Below, piece after piece: positions 52,460-64,000 of a stretch of DNA of 64,000 bases. The first letter of the stretch is position 1; each line of letters opens with the position of its first letter. This DNA is from Lama glama (Eukaryota), in assembly GCA_028534125.1 (NCBI GenBank), contig CM052817.1, positions 41,728,001 through 41,792,000 of the forward strand, written 5' to 3'. A program made the translations under genes and the position numbers. Under the pieces are notes generated by a model. That model saw only the letters and a program-made list of their open reading frames with translations. It was not told the DNA's origin and did no database searches.

Positions 52460-52800
52460 CAGTAGCAGTATTTTAGACTAGCCAGTTCTCCATCTGGAAA
52501 ACATGGAGGTCTGAGACTCTGTGCCAACACGGCACACACAAGGTGAGTAAACTGGAGGTGAGGCTAGTTTAGAAGCTCATGTTCATTTTACATGCTGCTT
52601 GGGCAAGAGAATTTAGCCAAGGTATTTCTGACAGAGAAAACTGAACAGCCAAATCAGGAGGGCATCCACCAGAGAGGAGTGAGGGAGCACCAGAGGTAGA
52701 ACAGACACACAAGAAGGGTAGGAGGTCCAAACAGTGTGGGCACATGATGGGGGGGGGGACCAGACATGAGGGAAGTACCTGGCACACAGGACACATTCAG
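52460..52800 (-). mobile_element. Possible old ERV/LTR fragment
   Basis: GC-richer island whose reverse complement reads like an LTR R/U5 end; family not recognised. Confidence 0.3.
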
Positions 52801-52829
52801 AAATATTGACTGTTCTTATATTTATTTTA

Positions 52830-53150
52830 AATACTTTTGCGATTTAAAAAATTAATCACTAACATATTTTAACAACTTATTCAAAGCAAGTCTATACATA
52901 CATAATGTATATATACATGGAATAATTATAACAAAAACCTGTGTGACCACCACCAACTGACACATTCTCAGTACCTTTGTTGCCCCTATTCACCCTCCCT
53001 GATTACACTCCCTGCCCTCTCTCCCAGAGGAACTACTAGCCTGAAATTACTGTTTTTCATTTTTTAACTTCTTTCTATAGTTTTGCCAAATGTATAAATA
53101 CATACTTTATAAAATATTGTTCATAAAATTTTTGTACTTGGTGAAATTTA
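52830..53150 (-). mobile_element. L1ME-like 3'UTR fragment
   Basis: aaacctgtgtgaccaccacc...ctcccagaggaactactagcctgaa...ctttctatagttttgcca. Confidence 0.7.
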
Positions 53151-53764
53151 CTGCATGCAGAGAATCCACTTGATGAAATATTTTTGGCACTGCTGAAGTC
53201 CTACATCCATTAACAACAGTACTTCATCATCTAAAATGTACAGTGTCACTTCTAATGCAAAACATTTATTGGCAACCATGTAGTCAGCTTCAAGTTCTCA
53301 TCAGATGAAAATTTTGTTGTGACAATCACAGCCTAATTTGTCTTGCATGTTTTGAAAGACAAGCGTACCACTGATTTTTATCTTCTAGCATAAGTGTAGC
53401 TTTTCATCTTCTTAGGAACTCTCTGCTCTGTTCTACTTTCAAAACCACCCAAATGCATTCATTTTGAGTAGAGTATGTCCTAGTTTCTCATTGTAAGAGC
53501 ATTATCTTTCTCTTAGAGAGAATTTATTAGCCCTGCAACATTATTAAGTCCTCAACCTTGCAGTTTAAGTGAATTCTCAAATTCATAAATATATGGACTG
53601 CTTAAATGGGCTTTGACTTTGTCCTGAATGAAACTGAATTCTATGTAACAGATTAATATTTCAAAATTTAACTGAGAGTTTTTTTCCTTTAATGTGCCCA
53701 CTTACTACAGTACCACACCTCACACACATACACAAACACGTGTGCATGCACCTAACAGCCTAGA

Positions 53765-54570
53765 CAGGGAAACGAGATCTTTAGACTAATCAGAATATAA
53801 ATATCTGTATTTCAAAAACACTATAAACAAAATACTGAAGCCAAGGACAAGGGGAGAAAAATATTGACAATCTAAATGACAAAAGACACCAGCTAAATTC
53901 ACAGAAAAGTACACTGATGTGCAATTCATAAAAAATCAAATAGCCAATATATGTAAAACATGTTCATTATCAAAGAAATGATTTTTAAGCAGAATGCTAC
54001 AAAAGAATAAAAAATAACAAGAACAATAATGAAATAAAGATACCATCTAGGATGGGAGATTTTAGAGAAAGTAGGCATTTAAATTGGGTAGCTATTTCAC
54101 ATTACAAATCAAAAGCCTTAAGATGCTTACTGACTACATTCCAGTACTGTCCTATAAGAGATGGGCATGAATAGGTCTCAGGCAGCACATCCTCATGGAT
54201 ACCTTAGAGACAGTATGAACAGAGCACATCCCAACCTTAGATGACTGGCTAAATAAAATGTGATACATTTAGATGATAACATTTGTGTTAGTCACTAAGA
54301 TCCTGTTCTTGACAAATGATTTAGAATATTAAAAGATGCTAAAGAGATATGCTAAGTAGAGAACTGAAGTTTAAAAAATGATATATCAATGTAATTTTAT
54401 AGGAAAATAGTTTTTAAAAAGTAGGTTTCATAGTTGTATGTATCTATAAAAGTTGTATACTACAAAGTACATTTTGGGGATGGTAGAATAAAAAGTAACT
54501 TTTTTGTCTTACTGATGTTTCTAAAACCATTTTCTTTAAGTATTAATGTAAAACTGTCCTGTTAAAAATA
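53765..54570 (+). mobile_element. L1ME-like ORF2 end and 3'UTR, highly decayed
   Basis: aaaacactataaacaaaat...caattcataaaaaatcaaatagccaat...gatgactggctaaataaaatgtgatacat. Confidence 0.7.
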
Positions 54571-56331
54571 AGTACCCTAATATACAAAAATCACAGCTCT
54601 CAATATATGAATACCATGAATTCTGCAAATTCTTGCAAATATTAACCCTCACAACATATTTTAAAATGGTTCTGTATATATTCTGTATTCATATTTTCTT
54701 GTACTATATGTGTTATATGAGGCACTTCTGTACTACTGAAGCTATTTTGTCACCATTTTGGTTATTTACAAGCTAACCTCTCAACTGAAAGCCAGTGCAG
54801 CACTGAAAAAAGGTAACACAGTTGTACTTCTTTTCCTTATTAATGAATAAAACTGAAAGTCCATTTTGCAAGGAACATATTCTTCAGTGATTTATGGAAG
54901 GAAACTCCTTAATGCCTAACATACATGAAACTGAACCATATGACGACAATTAGGAATCTTTCAAAAACATTTAGGATTCCAATTTTAGTGGTCTTTTAGT
55001 AATAATACTACTTGACCAAACATTTTTCTACACAATAAAACTGTGTTTTTATACTACCTTTTCATTTTATTTAGAAATAATGATTAGTTTTAATCTAAAG
55101 TTTTTTTAAATTAACTTTTCACTTTTGTCAAATGCCTCTGAAATACTGAGTTAACAGTGGACTTCCTGAATAGAAGGGGAAAGCACCAATAAAGTAGAAG
55201 TAAATGAAAACTTCTTAATTCCACTAATTTGGAATTTATTTTTAAACATCAATAGTAATTGCCTTAAAACAAAGTGAAACTGTTTGATTAAAGTCATATA
55301 TTATTTCGCATTGCACCATATCAGTATTGCTGTCCCTGCCTCTGGTATCCTCCCCCTTCAAATTATGTCCAGTAAGAAGACCCAAAATACATATCCGTCA
55401 AGTCAAAATGAAATGTTATCTCCTCTATGAAGGAGCTTCCCAACAGGGAGAATTAGTCATTGCTTCATAGGTTCTCCCATAATACCTTATACTTGTCTTA
55501 ACAGATGTTCCATAGTGATAGGTGTCATTTTCAGACTCAGGCAACAGCAGTGGCTCAAAAAAGCCACTTACCAATGCCTTGCCCCTCAGGCAGCTTCCTC
55601 CTGACTCCAGGACCAATAGCTTCTTTCCTTCTCTATAAATACTTTCTCCTCCTCTTGTACCATCCTTTGCTGCATTTCCCCTCTCTGCAATTACCTTTCC
55701 CTCTATCTGCCGGAAAATTGTAAGGCTGAGTTTAAACTATATTTCCTATGTGAAGTCTCCTCTGTTCCTTTACTGGGAAGTAAGCTCACCAGCCTCTGAT
55801 TTCCTTTGTGTCAACGTGATATTGTCTTGCTCTTACTCTTGTTTCTAGAAAGCCCAGGCAGGATTGGAATCACTTTTGTACACTCAAAAATGGAATATTT
55901 GAAATATACTTTGATAAACACTCTTCAGATGAAAACTTACATAAATCCCCCAATGTATTAAAATGTGCTTTAGAATTTCTTGCTTATGTTTGCATTTATG
56001 ATCTTTACGGATTTTGTAGTTAATCATTGAAAACAATGAGGCTGTTCTGAGAGACAGTTGAAAAGAGAAATCTGAGTAAAATTTATTTTTACGTCTATCA
56101 GCTAAACTTTTTCACTTATTTTGAAGTTTCTCTAGGTTGTACAATATAAAAAAGTTGTGACTCACAAAATTAAGTTGCAAAAGATGTTTAAAACCTTGTT
56201 TTCCAATCCCAGGATCTTTTAGTAACGTAGCCCCAGAAGCATGAAAGAGGAGTAGAAGGAAATGTCTAAGTTGAATTATGGTAGAAGTCCTCGTCACTGA
56301 CACAATTAGACTGGTAAGGAGTCCGTGTGAC

Positions 56332-56381
56332 AAAACAAAACTAAACAAACAAACAAACAAAAAAACCCCAAAAAACAAAAC
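56332..56381. repeat. (AAAC)n-like A-rich simple repeat
   Basis: aaaacaaaactaaacaaacaaacaaacaaaaaaaccccaaaaaacaaaac. Confidence 0.85.
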
Positions 56382-57340
56382 CACAGGGAGAGGATTATGA
56401 AAGGATACAAACAATTTAATTTTTTATGTAAAAGATACAAAGGGCCACATAGTTGCCATTTTTAAACTACGGATAAAGCCTTTTCCAAGCAAGCAGCTGC
56501 CCTTCAGAGCTGCTTATAATCCTTCTTTCTCCAACGCATCATCTATAAAGTCTAGTGTATTTCTTTAAAACATAGCAGGAACTTAACGATACTTTAGTAG
56601 CAACTTTCACATGAAAGTTCCCAGTAATTTATAATTGTTTTTTCTACTCCTAACTTAACTGTGATTTTAACCAAAATTTTCCAAAGCATTTAACTTACCT
56701 TTCTTAGAAACAGCATTTCTTTTTGCCCCCATATTTCATTTCCTTACATAACATTCAATTCAATTATGTGAATGATTCAATATTAAATTTAATGTAATAG
56801 TAAATAAGAGGAAAACTAGCATAAGCAGGTTTGGAAACCAAAATAAATGGCTCTTAATTATCACACAGCACAGTAGAGGGGGCAGGAGTGCACAGAGCAC
56901 GCAACCAAGCATCTTGCTAACTTCAAATATCCATCCTACCATGGGCTTTCAGAAGAAATGGATCATTTCATATTCCAGTGAGTCAGGAAATGTAGATTCA
57001 GAGGCTTTCTATTGTACTAACTACTTAGTATTTGGACTCCCTTCTAAATACATAAAATACAGAGAAAACATAAAATACATGTGAAATCTATCTATAACAC
57101 CATTTTAGAACTTGCCATTAAAACATTATTTGATATCATTTAGCTGACTACAAAGATAAAAGCAGCAATGTGTCTGAGACCTGACTGATGTTTAATTACA
57201 CTCTATGCAGGTGAGTTGAAGCAATCATTGATTAATTTAATTCATGTTTACTGACTCCCAAAACATGCAATAAACTGTGCCAGGCTCAAGAAGTATAATG
57301 CTAAAAAGATCCTCTTCTTTATAGAACTTATATTCTTGAG

Positions 57341-57874
57341 TTGCAGTCTCCAAACTTTTTGTTCACGCATTTCTACCAGTAAAATTATTGGAGGATTATC
57401 TATATTTATCTATTTATAAAATATGCTTATCAATATACTTATCCATATATATGCATATTGATATGTATATTTATAAATTATATGCAGGTACATCTGCACA
57501 TATTATGTTTCATGAAATATGCATAGTCAACTTTGGATTACATAGTTCTGAATGTGGTAAAATTATTTGTCACTTCCACCATTTATCTAAGGGACATGAA
57601 CAGAAGTGAGTTTTTCTTTTTAACATGACCAATGCAAAGATACAGTCATTCATTTGATTAAAAAAAGTTATAAGATGAGCCGAGTGCACTGTGGTTGAGA
57701 GTTTATTTCATGGTCTACCCCCAAAACAAGTACACCTGTCTTCATAAATTAATAAACTGGTGGACTCAAAAAAATTAACAACACACATGAGAGTGTTTAA
57801 GTTACATTTTAAGGAATGTTTGCAGAGCCTCTGCAAAACCCTAGCATCGGCAGCACATGGTTTGAAGACCACTG
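57341..57874. mobile_element. Non-autonomous hAT-Charlie DNA transposon
   Basis: Imperfect terminal inverted repeats gcagtctccaaac ... gtttgaagaccactg (reverse complement CAGTGGTCTTCAAAC); AT-rich interior; follows an antisense L2 3' end (~57230-57340). Confidence 0.65.
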
Positions 57875-58339
57875 GTCTCTGGTCTGGGGCATCGAGGGTA
57901 GTGTCTGGCACAGACGCTCGCTCTATAATATTTATTACTTGACATGTTATTTTAAGGAGAATTGTTCATATACTTGAACAACAAAGTGTACTCTTACACT
58001 TTATTTTTCAGTGCTTCGAAAATATTTATAAATTCAAAGAATTGAAAAACCAATTGAAATCCAGTGTTGAGTCTTTTGTTTTTTTCTCATTCTATATGTT
58101 TTAAAATCATAGTGTCAGATCAGAGACTATACTGTAAAACTGAAACATTTATTATCCACTCTGCTTTTATATTACTTTATTAGCACAACTAAATATGGCT
58201 TATAGGCTGGAAAAGGAAAAAAAGAGGGAGAGGGAAGAGAGAGGGGCAGGGGAGAGGGATAAAAGGGAAGGTGGAAAGGAGAACAAAACAATACCAAGGG
58301 TTCCCATGTTATCTGGAGGCTTGGATTGGGAGAAGACAT

Positions 58340-59070
58340 TGAACGTCACTAGTCAATATGCACTGTTCTCCAGAAATGAATATGATAAAAATGTGACACG
58401 TGGCCTTGTTTGCCGATAAAACTTTCAAGATGATTTGGCTTGCTTTTTTCTAACCTTCAGAACCCTCGAAAATTAAAGTGGCTTACACAGGCGATAATGA
58501 ATTAAATGTAGAATTTGTAAACACGCAACTGAGAATATAGCTTCTTCGGGAATAAACTGCAGCACTCTTAATCTGGACAGTAGATCTATTGTCATGAGCT
58601 GATGAGAAATTAGGATAATAAGTCACCAGCAGTCATCAATTTAAATTGGATGCAGGAGGCCAGCACAAGCATGGGACTGTTTGGTGACAGTAATAAGGAT
58701 ATGGTGGAAGAATTTCCAGGCTGACTAAATATCACATCTGGGTGAAGCATGTCTGTTCCTGTCTTTTTCTTTTATTTAACAAATATTGCACGGGATGAAG
58801 GAATGTCAAGGCTAAACTCTCTACTGCAGACGTAGAACACATGCGTTTGTGCCAGCTCAAAGCAAGATTACAGACCCGGGAGGCACTGTTGTGGTCTGGC
58901 AGTTGAATCGTCCATTTTCATTAACTTGTGGTTCAAAGATACCACCACGTTTAGGAAAGGATGCTGCCTTCTCGATGACTGTGTGTTGAAAAATAATTTC
59001 TAAAAGCTGAAGCGTGGAAAGAACCACATGTTTGGAGATCATGCTAAATTTCAAATATTTCGGACTGAAA
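58340..59070. promoter_or_regulatory. Candidate enhancer / conserved non-coding element
   Basis: No recognisable repeat; about 16 CpGs by eye in ~730 bp, well above the window background; RUNX-type TGTGGT/ACCACA at 58890, 58927 and 59022; CACGTG and GATAA motifs near 58380-58420. Confidence 0.4.
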
Positions 59071-60168
59071 GCAATTCACAGTAAAAACACAGGTTCTAAG
59101 CAAAAATTATCTTCACAGATAATGTTTCCCAAGCATTTCCCTCATTTTTACTTGCTACTGTTTGTGAAAAAAGGGACAACCAGCACTTAACCTTTCAAGT
59201 CATGAAGGCCTTGGAAAACATGCCAAGTAACAGAAAGAATTTCACACAACAGAAGCCCAATATCTCTTCCCTATCTCAAAAATAATCCAAGTGACAGGAA
59301 GACATTTCAACTACCCAGAGAGCTGTTAGCACTCCCTTTTTTCTAAGTTATTTTACATCTCGTAAGTTAGATGACCTGCAACTGACTGTTGCAGGGTGAC
59401 TTAAAAAATTAGTCTTAATCATTTACTAATACAGTATTAATTTAAATGAGCTTTAATATAGGCAGTTACTTGCATTATATAGAGGAAAATCTCTTGTTCT
59501 CAATGTCCATATCATCTACTTGAATAATGGTATTTCATCTATTCTTTCAAGGCAAAATAAAATTCAGACTACTTCTACAATATAGAGAGGAGTTTGCCCT
59601 GGCATTATGATATTGTGGCTAGCACTGACCATAAAAATCATTGAGATGTTGGAAGAAGAAGAGAATTTTTCATTTTCTAGATAGGGATCCAGGCTGTTAT
59701 TTGCCCGAGCAAGGGAGTTAATGAAAGGAGGGGCTTGGCTGGTGTCCAGAACCACTCTACTGTGGGATGCTTCCCAACTGCACAGCTCTAGACACACTGC
59801 ACAAATGCGGCATCAGGAGATTCACTGTCACCAACAGCCTAGACACAGCTGAAGGAACAAGAATCAATTATCTTCAATAGCCAATTCATTTTACTCTCAT
59901 AGTCCACTGTGTTTTCAAACTCATACTCTAAACTCTTACTGTACAAGTGTGATTTTGTTGGAACACCGAAGAACACCTCAGCGGAAAAGATATCCCCAGC
60001 CTCATAGCCACTCATGCTACTCATATGTCTGCTTTCACATTCTCTCTTTCCAACTGACATCTCACTCTATGCTCCTTTTGGGGGTGGGGGGAGGTGTCTG
60101 TGTCTATATGTCTCTATGTGTCTGGTGTGTCTGCGTCTGATTTGCATACATTTTCTAGGGTGAATCCA

Positions 60169-60667
60169 TGTGTTATGTAGAATAGTGGGCCCCAAAGATA
60201 CTCACATCCTAATCTCCAGAACCTGGGAATATTCTGGTTAAATGGCAAGGGGGAATTAAGGTTAGAGATAGAATTAAGTTTGCTAATTATGTAACTTTGA
60301 GATGGGAAGATTATTCTGGATTATCTGAGTAGGTCCACTGTTAGTTATAAGGATCTTTATAAATGGAAGAGAGAGGCAGAAGAGGGAGAACACTAGAGGT
60401 GGCAAAATGAGAAAGATGCACTCCTATATTGCTGGAGGGATCACAAACCAAGGAATGCAGGTGGCCTCCCTGAGCTGGAGACAGAAAGGGAACAGATTCT
60501 CCTCTTGGATTTCCAGAAGGAATGCAGTCATGCCAACACCTTCATTTTACCCAAGTGAGGCCCCTTTCAGGCTTCTGACCTCCAGACTTCTAGAATAATG
60601 AATTTGTGTTGTTTTAAGTCACTAAGTCTGTGGCAATTTGTTACAGCAGCAATAGGAAACTAATACT
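60169..60667 (+). mobile_element. MLT1D-like MaLR solo LTR, near full length
   Basis: Starts tgtgttatgtagaatagtgggccccaaagat and ends tttgttacagcagcaataggaaactaatac; flanking 5-mers ATCCA/GTCCA fit a decayed 5-bp TSD. Confidence 0.92.
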
Positions 60668-60714
60668 GTCCAAGGAAACAGGAAAAATCAAAGTGGATAA
60701 AAGATACCACAATT

Positions 60715-60830
60715 TCTGAAGGCTCAACTGGGGGAGAATCCACTTCCAAGCTCAATCTAATCACTTCTGGCAGGATAAATTACTTCACAGACTATGGGAC
60801 TGTGGGTCTCACTTGTTTGCTAGCTGTTGA
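60715..60830 (-). mobile_element. MLT1 LTR fragment (antisense)
   Basis: tctgaaggctcaactgggggagaatccacttccaagctca...ttctggcaggat. Confidence 0.65.
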
Positions 60831-61759
60831 AGTACATTTCCATAAATGATAGCTGTTTCTCTGGTTCCCCTTTTTCTGCTTCACTGTTCCACTTACACGT
60901 AGTATTTAAAAGGATCCTCAATATTTGTTGAGATGGCATACATTGGAGAACAGTGAAGGGAAAGGTGGGGAGTTCAGCTAATGAAGAGGATCTGTAAAGT
61001 AGATACTGCGGAACTCGGGGAGGAAGTCTGAGTTGGAAGGCATAACTGTGGTAAGATTTCTGTGAAAGAGTGTGTGTCAAGAAGCTAAGTTAATAAAGTC
61101 CTACAAGAAGGAAAGTTTGATTAAAAGTGACAAACATTGATAAAGATCAGTGAGAGTGGAGGTGAAAAATACTTCTGTATCTAAAATCCTTTTTTCTTTT
61201 TTTTTGTTTTTGCTCACATTTTGTTATGAATTGGGCACTTAAAAATTATTCCATTTCATAATGAAGTATGAGAAATATTGCCCTATGCAGTTAGGCAATG
61301 GGACCAGAGTCACACACAGGCCTATCACAGGGGCAGCAGCTGCCTCTGGCATTTAATTCTTCCAAATAGATTGCAAAATCTATTCAAGGAGCAGAAGTTG
61401 GAATTCTCTAAACATTCTGCTCATCTGAATTAGTCTTCATAGAACACTTAGACAAATACTTATTATTATCTCCTTCAACCCAATTACCAATTGATCTGTA
61501 ATCCCATGTGGATATAGGAAGAAAAAATACCATAATAGTATGAAAATCCAAAATATGAAAATAAATCAATGGAGTTTTTTTTTTTTCATAAAACAAGCCA
61601 TAAAACGGAATTGTTAAGTCTGGTTTCTGGTGCTGGACATGTTACTGAAAGACGATACTGAGTGATTCAAAGAGTCTCTAGACCTGTTTGCTCCTCAGTT
61701 TTTAATTAAAAATGGTATACTTATTATCATCAATGAAACAGAGAAAAGATCTATGAAAA

Positions 61760-62105
61760 TAAAGCTATTAATCCTTCCATAACTCTTTCATTCTCACCCC
61801 AACAAAGGCAATTAGTGCTAACAGCTTATTATGTATCCTTTTGCATTGTGTTTTCATATTAATAACATGATATACAAAAATACACGTAAGACACATGCTT
61901 TATTTTCATAAAAATCCAGGATCACAATAACTGTATTACTCTGTAACTGGCTCTTCTCACTTGACAAAGATATACTGGAAATCCCTCCAGTCCAGTAGCT
62001 GTAGAGCTAAATTAAATTTACTTTCTAATAACTACATAGAATCTCCCAGTGTGGCTGTACCATAACACATTCAACTACGTCCCTATTGATGAACATTGGA
62101 GGAAC
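61760..62105 (-). mobile_element. L1ME-like 3'UTR fragment
   Basis: gtgctaacagcttattatgtatcc...ctctgtaactggctcttctcacttgaca...ctgtaccataacacattcaac...ccctattgatgaacatt. Confidence 0.75.
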
Positions 62106-62369
62106 TAAAACTTTACATTAGAATTCGAATGCTGCAAAAGTCAATATTTCATACAGATAATATAGTATCCTATACTACTTAATGCTGTATCTTTCAAAAA
62201 AGCAATTACACTGTAACTTGAAATTAATTTTTTCTTTTAAATCTATTATAATAATATTTTTCTGATTATTGATGAGAATTACACAAAAAACTCATTCTCA
62301 GCTAATTTTCTTGGTTTTTACTTTTCTGCAGCAAAGGGGAACTGAAGCAGCAAGAACAGAACTTCCATA

Positions 62370-64000
62370 TATTCTCCCAGTCAAATCTATCAATTCTTGC
62401 ATCTGGACCCAAAAAGACTCTGCCCCCCCCTCCCATCTTATAGGTTGAATTATCCATCTTCCTATCCAAGAGCCCAACTCTCCAACTTGTATGCTGGATA
62501 CCATTGCCTCTCACCTACGCAAAGATACTACTCTAGAGGCCTTCCCTTTATTTTATCTTTACTTTTCCTTCTCTAGTGGATTTCTCCATTGATAAACATA
62601 TGTCCTATAATTTCATCTGCTTTAAAACAGTTGAGCAAATGACTCTGTGACCCCTTTTTTCTCTCTGGCCACTGGTCTATTTCTATACTTTTCATTACGG
62701 CAGAGTCTTCTAATAATTAGTGTAAATACTACAGTTTTCTATACTCATTCCCTCATCTTCTTTTTTTCTCTTGGTCCTACTGCACTCAGGCTTGTATACT
62801 CACCCTACTCTTCAAAGCACTTCTTACCAAAGTCACTGACAGCTTCCATCTTGCCAAATCTAATGGGTCATTTGTTTGTCTTCCTCTTTATCTGCCAGCA
62901 GCATCTGGCCCGGTAGATCACTTTCTCCTTTAAACAATTCCTTTACTTCTACACCAGTTTAGCATCTCCTTGGATTTTCCTCCTATTTCATTCAAGTGTT
63001 CTTTGCTCTTCTTTTTAACCACTAAAATGTAAACCTCCATGAAGGGCGGGTTTTTGTTTCTGTCTTTTTATCAGCTACATAATATACCAGCACTTAAAGT
63101 ACAGTCTGGCATGTAGACCACGTAGTAGACTTACAGTATGCTTGCAAAACTATTGACTTTACACTGAATTATCAAGGTAGATACTGGTAATTTTGGCACA
63201 GTAAACTCCAAGAGTTCCTATTAATTTGTAAAATGCCTAAACAGAATTAATTATACTCTCTCATGACCCAACTTTTCTCCTGACTTTCCTAGTCAATTAA
63301 TAATGCGATCATTCATCTCCCTGGATGATGCAGTACTTAAATCCAAATTTAATCAGCTGCCAAGTCCTATAAGGTTTTATATTTACTGTATCCCTTCCAA
63401 CTGGATTCCTTGGCTTCTATCCTTCCATAGTTCAAATTATTCTTCATACTGTTAAGAGATTAATCTCTTATAAACTGAAGATTGAGAATGACAATTTGCA
63501 ATTTATAAATTTTTAACTTCCTAAAAGCAACAGATTAAATACAAACTCCTCAGACTGGCCTTTAAGACCCTACTAAATGCAGAATCATGCCCCTCCATTA
63601 GCTTCATTTAGTTATCCCTAAATATCCATGAAACAGAACCATCTCTTTTTCCCAAAGTAGATACCTGTCATAAATTATACAGGTTCCTCTCTCCCCTGAA
63701 TGACCCCTTCATTAAGTACTTGCCTAACTGTACTTTGCTTGGTTTCAGCTTAAACTGATTCTCCCCATTCCATTTGCTTATCTCATACGATACTTTTTCC
63801 CGTTCAGCTCAATGATACATGAGCTGTGTATACATGTCCCCCACTGTATGACCATATCATGGCATGCTCTGTTAGGTCATAGCCGTATGATGCTCTCTGT
63901 ACTCTTTCTTGTTACAGTTATTGGTACTTTTATAAGAAATGCAAGCTGTAGTACATTTCTTATTCATGATTAAATTCTGTATAGCACCTAGCAAAATACT
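62370..64000 (+). mobile_element. Cluster of LINE-2 fragments
   Basis: ccacttgtatgctggat-like L2 body text (aacttgtatgctggataccattgcctctc), ccatcttgccaaatctaatgg, aatgtaaacctccatgaagggcggg (3' end), atacaaactcctcagactggcctttaagaccc. Confidence 0.8.

Noticed and set aside
52477..52542. Plus-strand 66-nt exon candidate ending AAG|GTGAGT
   Set aside because: Poor acceptor, lies in a probable LTR remnant, and the peptide is not recognised.
56871..56886. CAGTAGAGGGGGCAGG as a CTCF site
   Set aside because: Spacing does not fit the CCASYAGRKGGCR core without a gap.
57847..57858. TCGGCAGCACAT resembling the U6 snRNA 5' end
   Set aside because: Only about 12 nt, located in the subterminal region of a hAT element, with no further U6 sequence.
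25711..58610. CTGATGA motifs (25711, 28991, 58599) as hammerhead ribozyme cores or C/D snoRNA boxes
   Set aside because: No stem II plus GAAA with flanking helices, and no terminal stem with a properly placed D box.
91..62916. The supplied six-frame ORFs (60-142 aa) as protein-coding genes
   Set aside because: Short, low-complexity, many with non-ATG starts and mostly inside repeats; the only recognisable ones are decayed L1 ORF2 pieces.

Overview
AT-rich, CpG-depleted placental-mammal genomic DNA, either intergenic or deep inside a large intron. I find no protein-coding gene, RNA gene or CRISPR array that I can support. The supplied ORFs are chance frames or decayed LINE-1 ORF2 pieces. The window is a mosaic of old repeats (L1M, L2, CR1/L3, MIR, MLT1 LTRs, hAT MER elements), a 3 kb L1 ORF1-end/ORF2 fragment, and several short L1 3' tails of cetartiodactyl type. 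The tail sequence, and the absence of any Alu, B1, BovB/Bov-tA, PRE-1 or CHR SINE that I could recognise, suggest a camelid (inference). The best observation is a ~340 bp element at 28128-28472 in which an L1 5' head is joined directly to an L1 3' tail. The join matches an AG that has a TACTAAC branch-point motif upstream in a sibling L1 tail at 50538-50563, so this is probably a retrotransposed spliced L1 RNA or L1-derived mini-element. Also notable: a pre-miRNA-sized hairpin made from inverted L2 ends (38162-38262), a CpG-retaining repeat-free candidate enhancer (58340-59070), and a few candidate non-coding exons. Repeat family names are from recall of consensus sequences, and most boundaries are approximate.
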